Below are positions 14,640 through 25,529 of a stretch of 64,000 nucleotides of DNA, piece after piece; position 1 is the stretch's first letter, and every line of letters starts with the position of its first letter. The position numbers were made by a program, and so were the translations under genes. Below the pieces are notes generated by a model, which searched no databases, was not told the origin of the DNA, and saw nothing but the letters and a program-made list of their open reading frames with translations. Source of the stretch: Lama guanicoe (Eukaryota); NCBI GenBank assembly GCA_013239625.1, contig MU054098.1, forward strand, positions 2,853,104 through 2,917,103. The letters are read 5' to 3'.

Positions 14640-16285
14640 GGGCCATCATTACAGATACTCCAAACATTTAAAGGATAGTATGGGAATATTATGAACATTA
14701 TATCAATAAACTCGATAACATATATAAAACTGTTAAATTCCCTGAAAGACAGAAATAAATTACTCAAAAAATAAATTAAACTCACTCAAAAAATAAATTA
14801 AAAACCTGAACAGAAGAGTGTTTTTTTAACCACTAGGTCTCTAAAACAAAATAAAGCCTCCAATTCATAAGCATATCTAATTTCTATGGTATAATTTCAA
14901 ACTATCAATGGGACATCACTGAATAAAGATTTGTTAAGAGATTATAACAATCAGCTCTCATTAGCTGGTACAAGCTAGTTCCAGCATGCCACTGCCTATA
15001 TCTATAAAAGAAAATTAATTTGTTATTAAAAGCCTTCCAAGAAAAATCCAGGCCCAGAAGTCTTCACTAGTGAATTCTATCGAACATTCAAGGATGAAAT
15101 AATACCAATTTTAAACTGACTCTTTCAGAAAGTAGAGGAAGCGGTCTCCTCTATATAATGAGGCCAGAATTACTCTGATACTAAACAAAAACATTACAAG
15201 AAATCTAAGACCAATATACCTCATGAACATAAATGCAAAAATTCTTTTAAACTTGGGAAACTAAATCCAGCTATATATAAGAAGTATAATGAATACATAA
15301 TGACCAAGTGAGATTTCTCCAAGGAATGCAGTTTGTTGAGCACTCAAAAGTCAATGCAACTCAATATACTAACATCAATATACTAAAGAAGAAAAATTAT
15401 GACCATTTCAATAGATACAGAAAAGGCATTTGATAAAAAACAATACCCTCTTATGACAAAATCTCTTAGGAAATTATGAATAAAAAAGAAATTCCTCAGC
15501 CTGAAATAAGGCATTTATGAAAAAACTACAGCTGTCATCATACTTAATAGTGAAAGACTGAATCCTTTCCTCCTATGATAGAAACAATGCAAGGATGTCT
15601 GTTCTCACTACTGCTGTTTAACACTGTACTGGAAATCCTAGTTAGTGCAATAAGGCAAGGGGAAAAAAGCAGGTAGATGGGAAAAGAAGTAGAACTGTCT
15701 TTATTTGCAGGAATATTACAAGCATGTACATAGAATGCCCTAAGAAGCTATAAAAAGTTATTGGAGATGATAAGTGAATTTAGTATGGCCTCAGAAAAAG
15801 GTCAATATACAAAAATTAAGTATATATCTTATATACTAGAAATAAACTATTACAAAATGAAAATACTTAAATACCATTTGCAATGGCATCAAAAAATGCA
15901 AAGTAAACAGGGATAAATTTTATGAAATATATGAAGAGTTGTACACTGAAAACTACAATACATTGCTGAGAGTTATCATGGAAGACCTAAAAAATGACAA
16001 AGTATACCATGTTCACATATCAGAGGACTCAATATTGTCAAAGTGGCAATTCTCCCAGATCTGGATATTCAGCATAATTCCAAATAAGATCCCAGCTGGC
16101 TTTTCTGGTGTGAAAATTGACAGGCTGATTCTAAAATCGGTAAGGAAATGCACAGGATCTGCAGCAGTCAAAATAATCTTGAAAAAGAATAGTATCAGAG
16201 GACTGACAATAGCTGACTTTGAGCCTTCCCATAAAACTGTAGTAATGAAGACAGCATGGTATTGGCAAAAGGACAGGAGAGGATA
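14640..16285 (+). mobile_element. Old L1 ORF2 fragment
   Basis: L1 RT/C-terminal text. ORF 15939 reads YTENYNTLL...IPNKIPAGF...KTAWYWQKDR. Confidence 0.8.
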
Positions 16286-16670
16286 TACGCAGTATCTTGC
16301 TGTCCTGTTTGTACGTTGCATTCCTCATGCCCCACAAGTACAAAATTCCAGTGGACCCCTGATGAATGGGAGCTTAGCAAGTAAATGGTAAGCGCATATC
16401 TTCTATGACTGCTGATAGCCAAGAAGGCCACCCTTTCGGTTCCACTCAGAACTTACTCCCAACACACAGTCACAATCTAAGAAACACAAATGATCACGAA
16501 ACCCAATCATATGATATATGTTACTTCTCTGTATTTGCCAATCACTTAAAATTGAAAATGATGACAAAGAAGGAAAGATAGAGCAACCCACAGTCCCTTT
16601 TCCTTTCAGTCCCTCTGTAGACTGTGCACGTGTGCAAGTACTAAGAAGTAATATAAAAACAGTTGAGTCA

Positions 16671-16850
16671 ACAAACAAGATTATACTGTATAGCACAGGG
16701 AAATATATACAAGATCTTGTGGTAGCTCACAGCGAAAAAAATTTGACAATGAATATAGGTATGTTCATGTATAACTGAAACATTGTGCTCTACACTGGAA
16801 TTTGACACAACATTGTAAAATGATTATAACTCAATAAAAAAAGTTTAAAA
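16671..16850 (+). mobile_element. Younger 5'-truncated L1 3' end
   Basis: tactgtatagcacagggaa...caataaaaaaa. TSD aaaaacagttgagtca / aaaaacagtttagtta. Confidence 0.8.
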
Positions 16851-17341
16851 AAACAGTTTAGTTAATTTTGTGCAGCATTTCCACTCTTCCGGTAAGAAGT
16901 AAATACATATGCATATACGAGGTACAAAATACGAACTGCAATCTTCGTGATTCTACATATGAGTCAAATGCTCTTGTACTGGCATTTAAAACTGGCATTA
17001 CGCAATATAAAGATGGACTATATAATTTATGCTAATAGTTAAAAACTAACTTTCCTTTACTTAGAACATTAAATAATAAATGAAAAGCACCATGTCAAGG
17101 TCAACATTAGTAATCATAAATCATACTGATAGCAGGTATCCTTGATATGATGTGATGAAATGGCACTCTATTCTGTGATCTTGCTCCCCAAAATCCATAA
17201 CCCCAGTTTAAACAAGAGGAAAACACCAGACAAATCCCAATAGACAGGCATTCTACAAATACATGACTAGCACTCATAATTGTAAAGGTCATCAAAATCA
17301 GAAAAAGTCTGAGAAACTGTCACAGCCAAGAGGAGCCTAAG

Positions 17342-17980
17342 TGTTAGAGCAGGCTGGTAGCTGTTTATGAGCAGAGAAAGGGGGACACAGACCAAACGGC
17401 AAGAATTGAGCAAAAAGGTGGGGCCTGGGCCAAATGCAGGAAACCATACAAAACCATACATCATATAAACAACAGGGGGCCCTGGGCAGAGAACTTCTAG
17501 GCTGACAAGTGATCACACATTTTGGGGTGACAAGTGGCCTGGCGGCCTACAAAGACAGGTGAGAAAAGGCAGGAATCTCCAGTGTCTGAATGTAACCTTT
17601 TGCTCATTATGCCCTCATTTCAATAAAGTTAGTCTTGCAGATTAGAAGTACCCATCATGCACCAACGCCATGACAATTCTGATCCTGACTAAATAAGGAC
17701 AAAAATCCCTCCTCCCTTCGGGAAGGTGCAACTGGAATAAAAATCAGGGGATATGACCCCAAACCCTTCCCTCCCCAATGAATATTTCACCCATTCATTT
17801 TCACACCCTATGTAAACAACTTGCCAAAGAAACTCAGGGCAGCTGCTCACCTGAGCCAGCCTGCTCTCCTCTTGAGCGTATACTGTCTATTCCTTAATAA
17901 ATCCCCACTTTACTTTCGTAACCTCTGTGTCTTGTCTGAATTCTTTCTGCAAAGAGACAAGAACCTAATCACCGGCAACA
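17342..17980 (+). mobile_element. Solo LTR (ERV1-like)
   Basis: TGTT...AACA ends, AATAAA near 17896, 4-bp TSD taag/taaa. Splits an L1 3' end. Confidence 0.8.
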
Positions 17981-18380
17981 TAAAACACAGCAACTAAAAA
18001 CTGTGTGGTGTTCTAGATGGAATCCATGAGTAGAAAAAGGGCATTAAGTAAAAACAAAGGAAATTTGAATAAAGCGTAGACTTTAGTTAATGACAATGTA
18101 CCAATATTGATTCACTAATTACAACAAATGTACCATACTAATGTAAGATGCTCCTAGGTATGGGGTAGGTGGGAATTCTCCATAGTATCTTCTCAATTTC
18201 TCTGTAAGTCAAAGTCTGTTCTAAAAAATGAAGTCTACTAAAAAGAAAGTCAAAAGAGAGACCACAGGAAAAAGGAAAGCTTTATATTTTAGTATTTTTA
18301 ATTGCACTTTTTCCCTTGTTTTTTGAACAAGGGGCTTTACACTGGGTCCTGCAAATTACATAGCCTAACCTACCTCTGCC

Positions 18381-19370
18381 CCAACCACTGTCCCCCAAAC
18401 CTCAGACTAGGGATGTACTGGGTCTTTTCAAGAGTCCCTAGGCCAAGAGCGGGTAAGGCTGTGAGCATGCTGGGGCCCCTCAGGGAAGACCAGCATGGGA
18501 AGAGTTCTGTGCTCTGAGCTCATCTGGATTCTGGGAAAGGTAGCAGCAGCCAATCTGGAGAGGCACCCGTCCCCTCAACTCAGGCCAAATGCCGTTCCTA
18601 AGGGAAGCCCCTTCTCACTGTCCTGTGCATCCTAGAGCTGGAAGGGACCCCGTTCATGGTTCTACCACAGCCCGTCCCCCTACCTTCCAGCGAGGAGGAC
18701 GACGCAGACAGAGGCAAGGAGAGGGTAGAGGCTCCCAGGCTGCAGAGCCCTCCAGCCGGTGACAGCACGAGTCCTGCCCAGCCCACAGCCTGGTCCTGCC
18801 TCTCTTCAGCCCAGGTCTAGGCCTGCCGTCTCCGTCCCCGAGAGTTTGCCAGCAGCCTAAGTTGCCAGCCCACCTTTCCTCAGAGCCCCTTCCTCGTTTC
18901 TCTGGCCATATGCAGGGTGTGTGTGTCTAGGCTCGGACAGGATGAGGCAGGAAAGAGAGGCTCCTGTCACTGCCTTCCCCACTTGGCTACTTTTCCCGGG
19001 GCGCTGGTAGGGGAAGGCAAGCCGCCCAGGGCAGCAGGTCTGGAGATCAAACTGCTGCCACGGGTGTCATTAGGAAAGAATGCAGAGGCGGTAGCAGCAG
19101 GGGGAACCTCTGGGCTGGAGAGGGCAGAACTCCTCAGCTCCCGTCCAGGCAGACAGGCCCTGCAAAGGGAAACCAGACCTCCAAGGAGTCCGTGCTGGAG
19201 AGGCGCGCAGAGGGAGGGGGCTGTGTTTCTGCCACAGAAGTGCAGCCTCAGCAGGGAACAGGAATCTCTGAACCAGAAATGCACGCTGGGCTTCCCTAGC
19301 TCCCCCAGAGAAAGGCCACGCCCCCGGACACTGTTGTCATGGCGGCAGCTGCCAGGGGCTGCCCTGCCTG
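18381..19370. repeat. Block A copy 1 (~990 bp, near-identical to 33515-34504)
   Basis: Constant offset 15134. Only a handful of substitutions seen. ORF-track peptides are nearly identical between copies. Confidence 0.97.
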
Positions 19371-20189
19371 TCTACGGGTAAACATGGTTGGAGCCTACTG
19401 TCCAGTAGCAGTTTTACAAAGTGCTTAAAATTTCAGTCTCTACTGTTGCACTGTTAGGGTTTAAATCCTGCCTCTGCTCCTCACTATCATCTGTTTCTAT
19501 GGGAACAATGTGTAATCTCCCAGAGCCTTACTTATCTCACCTTTAAAATGGAGTTCCTTAGATTTAAACCCTCACAGCAGTGGGGGTTTAACCCACACAG
19601 ACCCTAAATGAGAAGTAGCAAATCAAATCCATCAGAAGTATTATTTCACTGTCCCCACCCCTGTCACACACACATGCAGACAAGTAGCAGACCACATTCC
19701 TCTGTAACAAATGGTTGTCACCGTGGCAGAACTCCCTTCACCTTGTTCTCTCTTGAGAGCCCTTTCTCTCAGGGAACCCCAAATGAGCTACTGTCAGGCA
19801 CAGACTTATAGCCAATACAAAGACTCTGTCTTCATTCCTTCCTTTTGGTTCTAATTCCCCATACGTCCCTTGTCTGCCCACCCATGTTTACCAAGTTCTC
19901 ACCAAGGGTTAATTTATACCGGTTCAGGAGCTTTCAGGGGCAATTGTGTCTTCTATCAGCAGCAGCAGCAGAAGGTAATTTCACCCTAAGAAGTCACACT
20001 GAGAGAGGAAAGGAGGGGAGCTGGCATTCTAGGGTACACTCCTGGCTGCCACACCCAACAGGGAGAAGGAATTTCTTCATCTGGAGTCAGAGCTCTTGGC
20101 TGAGATCTCCCCTAGATCTTTCCTGAACTTGCTGAATTTATCACCCACTTAGTACTAATGGTATGTTTTAAATTAATATTTTGTAATTA

Positions 20190-21200
20190 ATGTACGACAG
20201 AATCTGGATTCAAAAAATGAGACAGTGAATCTAACAAGACAACATTTAACCCAGAAAAACAGAAGCTCCTGCACTTGGGTTAAAACTAAACTGACTTACA
20301 GAAGTGCATTAACAGGGATTTGGGAGTTTCAATTGACTGCAACTTAAAGTGGATTCAACTGTGTGATATGGCGTCCACAAAATCTACTCTGATCTTCAGA
20401 TGCATCTATAGATGTATAGTGGCTATCTAGAATGAAGGGTTTAGTAAGATCACTCCATTCTATACGAGGCAGAATATTCAGTATTTTCAGAGACACTTAC
20501 AAATTCAGGAGCATACAGGATGATAAGCGACTTTGAACAAATATTATCACATCGGAGATAACTGAAATAACTAGGGAGGTGAAGTTAAGCCTTAAAAAAT
20601 AGTCTTGGTGAGAAAATAATTGTTAAAGAATTATATGAGCCAGCATATTAAAAGTGCTTAGTACAATGTGTGGCATACATGCTCAATTAATGTTAATAAT
20701 AAAAGAATGATAACTAGTAGTATTATTAGTACTACATCATACTATTATTGTTACCGTTATTATAGTTAACGCTTATAGAGTGCTTTCTATGTGCTATGCA
20801 CTACTCCAGGTCCTTTATGTATACTGACTCATTTATTTCTCTCACCAATTCTGTAATGTAGGTATGTCTCCAATTTTGCAGATGAGGAAGTAGAGTCACA
20901 GAAGGGTTAAGTACATTGCCCAGTGTGTCTCACAGATGAGCAGGGGAAAGAATCGGAACATTAACTTTGGCAGTGTCAAACTGTCAAGGGTAAAGGGCAC
21001 TTTTGTTATTTTATACTTGCTTTGTAGCACTCCAAAGGGCAGAACCAGGACCAAGGTGTATAAATTACTGGGAGGCAGTTTCCAGCTCAACGAAAGCGGT
21101 GGGGGCGGAGAGGCGGGGACACTGAATGCTTAGAACGGTCTGAAATTTCAATGGGATGAGTTCTTCATCACAGGTAGTGCGTTCTCCATCACAGGATATA
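20190..21200 (+). mobile_element. L3/CR1 fragments interrupted by MIRs (~20620-20980)
   Basis: ctcctgcacttggg and ccaaagggcagaaccaggacc...gggaggcagtttccagctcaa are CR1-like. MIR core ttttgcagatgaggaag...gggttaagt. Confidence 0.55.
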
Positions 21201-22439
21201 AGGAAAAGAGGACAGACGTGAAGAATGAATGAATGGGGCTCCTCTTAGAAAGAAACCATACAAATGAAGAAGCCAACCCTTGGTGAAAAGAATAAAGAAG
21301 GTATAGTGAAATTTGGCTTAAAAGACACACATCAGTGAAAAACTGAAAAGTAAAAGTTATGGAAAAAATACACAGATAAACTAATTATCTGTCTTGCTGC
21401 TATCCCAACACAAAGTAAATTAGATGTTGGAGAAAAGCGACCAAAAACATTTAAAATGGGAAATTCCACATATGAATTTGTTTGGAAACTTACTAGACAT
21501 CCCAGGATCCTCACAGATTTGATGTTCACCCTGAAAGTGTAAAATACAGAGAGGAGAGATATAGTCTGCTCTATGGAAGAAAGGGCACCTGCATGAGAAA
21601 GTAGCATCCAGGCTGATATGAGATGCAGACACGAAGCTGAAGATCACAAAACACCATTAGATCCAAGAGTACATCCTCGTAATAACAACTGAGTATGTTA
21701 GCACGACTTCAGTCTTGCTGCTCCGTGTGTGGTCCATAGAATTACTGCATTACTGCATAGTTTAATAAGAATGTCCTCTGTGCTGAATCTATCTTTTGGG
21801 GTTTAGCAGTCCCAGGACCCAAATATTTGCTGATTTAATGAATTAATATAAACTTCCTCAACCAGCAACACCAGGAGGTTGCTGGTTAAAGATATAGAGT
21901 CCCAGCAAAATCTTGTTCTTCTATTATAAATAATAATTACTGACTAGTATATATACATAGTACATATGTCATATAAATATACGTGTATACATATATGTAT
22001 AACGCCATGCTTTCCACCAAAAATGCTCCCATTTCAGAAAATAAATACTATTAAACTATTTGTACTTAGATGCAAAAATGTGTATTTTGATTTATGAAAA
22101 TCAAAGTACTCAGCCTTTTTAGATGTATGTACTTTACAAACTTTATTCTTTCCAGAGTTCTAGAACTGAATGTTTATCAATTTAGACTGGAGCTTCCATT
22201 TGTGATTTAGGTCTGGGGACTCAAAAAAAAATCGTTAAGTCATGGAAAAGTGAAAGTTTACCTCCCATGAAATGACAAGAGATGATAACCATGCTGATAG
22301 AGCCTAAACGGACACGATGGAGTTATAAATGTGGATTAAAACTGGAAGAGGTGGCGTATGACAGTGACTCATTAAGGAGAAATAGTCAAATTTCAGTTCA
22401 GGATCTGAACTGTAGGGGAAATAATGGGCCTTGGTAGCT

Positions 22440-23520
22440 GATGACAGGAGAATAAGGGAGAGAGGCGTTATCAGCGGAGGAGGCAGAGAAGAAGAGGCAA
22501 CAACCCTCAAGACTGGATGCTGATCGTCTCTGGCAACCAGGAAAAGACAAATATAAACAAAGAAAGGTGAGTGACAACGTCTGGTGTGTTGGGGGTCAGG
22601 AAATATTGGCTGGTTGCTGCAGCACGGCCGCCGGTCAAAGTGGTAACTGGGGATCTGAGCTCGGCGGTGACGTGCGGCCCTCACGTGACCAGAGCCTGTG
22701 TCTGCCCAAGTCCCTCTCGTCTTGGTCCTTTTTGCCTGTCCAGACACCATCTGCCTATTGCCCTTTGGTCGAGGGGAAAAGCAGAAGGAAGTAAGTCCCC
22801 TTCGTCCTCTTAAATCGGTATGAGTGTCAGTGCTGCCCAGTCACCCCTGGGATTGAGATGGCACAGAGTCCAGGCCTTTCCCTATGCCCAGCCCCGCCCC
22901 CTGCGCCCAATTTCGGTGCAGAAAATGGTGGTCTAGGGGGTGGGGTGGGGAAGTGAGAGGACCCCCGGGAGGGAAACACGGACACCTATAAATAGTTTCT
23001 AAGTAGTCCTTCGCTTCCACTTCTCACCTGAAAAGAAATGACTAGCACTGCGGGGTGGGGTGGGGGTTGGGGGCTTGGAGGACGCAGCGGCAGATGGGGT
23101 ACGCTCCCCGCCCCTACCCTGTCTCTGCCTCTGTCTGCAGGTCACAGCGGGGCACCTCGAGGAGGGGACGCCTAGGAGCCAGCCGCCAGGAGAGGTCCAG
23201 GTCGGGGAAGGGGTGGGCCGCGTGGGGCGCCAGGGAGGGCGCGGGAGGGAGCCGGGGCCGCCGCACCACCGGCCCGCCCCGCCCCTGCCGCTGCGGGAGA
23301 GGCCTGCGTGGCAAGGCCTGCCGGGAAAGTGGTGGGCTTTCTGAAGGAGGGGGCGAGGAGGTGGGGGCGGGGACCAGACGCGGCGGGGGGTTGGGGGCCG
23401 GAGGGACCCTCGGCCAGCGTAAGTTGGGGGACCCGAGCCCAGAGACGGGGAAAGGCAGGTATTGGAACCAGTGGGCGGGGTTTTGGTCCGGACACCGAGT
23501 ATTCTGACTCGCCTCTGCCT
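22440..23520 (+). promoter_or_regulatory. TCEAL1: TCEAL1 CpG-island promoter and non-coding 5' exons
   Basis: GC/CpG-rich. Donors AAG|GTGAGT (22567) and GAA|GTAAGT (22791). BEX/TCEAL-type motif gcagaaaatggtg|gt (~22918-22932). Exon 23141-23200 (ctgcag|...ccag|gtcggg). TGACGT and TCACGTGA motifs at 22668-22688. Confidence 0.75.
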
Positions 23521-23566
23521 TTCTTGTCTCCTATGAATAACTGTGCTTAAAAAGACCATCCTGAAC

Positions 23567-24046
23567 ATGGAAAAAGCCTGCAAAGAGCCTGAAGAGCAGC
23601 CACAGAGCTCGCCCAAGACGGATGAGGAACAGACTGCTGAAGAGCAGTCTCCCGAAAAGACGTCTACGGAGGAGCCGTCTTCGGAGGAGCAATCCTCGGA
23701 GGAGGAGTTCTTTCCCGAGGAACTCCTTCCTGAGCTCCTTCCTGAGATGCTCGTGTCCGAGGAGCGCCCTCCTCAGGAGCGCCTGTCTAGGAAGGACCTG
23801 TTTGAGGAGCGTCCTCCCATGGAGCAGCCTCCTTGCGGAGTGGGCAAACATAAGCTAGAGGAAGGCAGCTTTAAAGAAAGGCTGGCTCGCTCTCGCCCGC
23901 AGTTCAGAGGGGACATACATGGCAGAAATTTAAGCAACGAGGAGATGATAAAGGTCGCAGAGGAGATGGAGGAGATGAAGAGGGTACGAAACAAATTGAT
24001 GATCATGCATTGGAAGGCAAGACGGAACCGCCCTTACCCTATTTAA
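23567..24046 (+). CDS. TCEAL1: Transcription elongation factor A protein-like 1 (p21/SIIR), 159 aa, single coding exon
   Basis: [21 protein letters not shown]...[18 protein letters not shown]...[37 protein letters not shown]...[17 protein letters not shown] matches the TCEAL1 sequence I recall. ATG in good Kozak context (aacATGg). Neighbour of MORF4L2, as in other mammals. Confidence 0.97.
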   Translation: MEKACKEPEEQPQSSPKTDEEQTAEEQSPEKTSTEEPSSEEQSSEEEFFPEELLPELLPEMLVSEERPPQERLSRKDLFEERPPMEQPPCGVGKHKLEEGSFKERLARSRPQFRGDIHGRNLSNEEMIKVAEEMEEMKRVRNKLMIMHWKARRNRPYPI

Positions 24047-24552
24047 TGTGTTTGGCCTTTAATTCAGTTTTGCCGGCTTTAAGTATTATCACCTGAACTG
24101 TGTTTGCATTTTCTCATATACCTTACCCCATCTTCCTAATTTTGACTTTTTGTGTGGCTTTATTTGAGCTGTTTCGCCTGTAACTGGGTAAAACTGCCCC
24201 CCTCATCTGCAAGTCCCCCTCTTTCAATCATGAGTCTCCTCCATTTTGCATGGAAAGATGTACATTAAATATTGTGAAGTAACAAAAGCAATTTTCAAAA
24301 AGTATATGTAGTATCCCATTTTTGTAAAAAATGTATATTTATATATTAATATGCAAAGAAAACTGAAACTATATACTTCCGAGGCGTAACAGTGGTTTCT
24401 GTGTGGTAAGATAATAGGTGATTTCTTTTTCATTTTTGTTTCACCTGAATTTCTCATTTTTTCAAGATGAATGGATTTTACATATGTTGCAAAAAAAACC
24501 AATGGGAAAATTGTAAAGCAATTTAAACTGTCAATCAGCTTATAAAGCACTT

Positions 24553-24558
24553 AATAAA
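24553..24558 (+). terminator. TCEAL1: Probable TCEAL1 polyadenylation signal
   Basis: AATAAA ~500 nt after the stop, with a T-rich tract at ~24597-24606. Confidence 0.6.
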
Positions 24559-25529
24559 TACTTGTTAGAACTTTAAAAAAGAAAAGTAAATCCCATGTTT
24601 TTTTTCTGAATCTGTTAGGCAGAAATATAAACCAGGTACTTACTATATTTGTTTAAGGGTCATTCTTTTCCCATTTAAATAGGAATCATACTTGACTTAC
24701 AGGGCTGCTGCGGAACCAAACGAGGTAAAGATTGTGTGAGCTGTATTTTTCCCCCACTTGCACACGCTGGACCCCAACCCCTATAGATTCCCTTCAAATA
24801 CAGGGGGTAGTACCCAAAGGAGGTCTGGTTTGTGCTCACAAATCCTGTGCGATTCCAGGTGAGTGCCACATTCTGTTCATGTCCTGCTATTCTCTTCCCT
24901 TGGATACCGCCATGTCTGCTGGGCACAGCTGCCCCTTGTCCTGGGTCCTGCTCCTTCCACTGCCCCCCATCACAGCTAAAGTGCCAAAGTCCTCCTGGAG
25001 CAAAGCTCCAGATTGCTTTGGAGCCCCTCCCTGCTGGGCCAAATCTGAACTGTCTCCTGCAGACCCACTAAATCTGCTTTTCTGTGTATTTGCACACAAG
25101 CTGGAGAGCCACTGCTATCTATATACAATATACTCCTGGTTTCAGTAAGAATAAACCACAACATAAATAGAAGTACAGATGATTGTATCAGAATTAAAGA
25201 AGTGAAACTCTTGTCCAACTGTATTTTTAAACAAGAATATAAAAACCTCATAATTTTACTACATAAAATTTAATTTTTTTGCAGCAAAGCAAGACCATAC
25301 AGACAATAAAAACCTGAGATGACAAAACAGCAAGACATATTTTCCATGATTGACATTATATAATGCCTTACATGATTTCCTTCCAGTATGAGTAAAATAC
25401 ATTAGAAATAAATTCAGAGTTCTCCTTTGGTAATCAGTCCACAAAACGGTAAGCCAGTCCTATGTACTTAATTTTTTTTTCACTGTGTGATGCCATTTGT
25501 GGGGGGGGGGGCAGGAGGGATCTTCATGT

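Larger units (their letters stand above)
16400..18372 (+). mobile_element. hAT-Tip100 (Arthur1-like) DNA transposon remnant with nested L1 3' ends and a solo LTR
   Basis: Terminus gaacaaggggc...actgggtcctgcaaattacatagcc resembles the Arthur1 end. L1MC-like 3' end at ~17105-17341 and 17981-18240. Confidence 0.5.

Noticed and set aside
13482..16391. 134-aa and 150-aa ORFs
   Set aside because: Fragments of decayed L1 ORF2, not host genes.
18622..18633. 12-mer in block A complementary to 26572-26583 in block B (A/B as inverted repeats)
   Set aside because: The match does not extend convincingly and B2 differs at this site. Likely chance.
18917..19381. 154/172-aa ORFs in block A and the many ORFs in block B
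   Set aside because: Mostly non-ATG starts, overlapping in several frames, no recognisable protein. Identity between copies only reflects DNA identity.
23543..23566. GTG-initiated 8-aa N-terminal extension of TCEAL1
   Set aside because: ORF-caller artefact. The ATG at 23567 gives the expected 159 aa with a good Kozak context.
22999..23851. Antisense and alternative-frame ORFs over the TCEAL1 island and CDS
   Set aside because: Expected in GC-rich and low-complexity coding DNA. No homology recognised.
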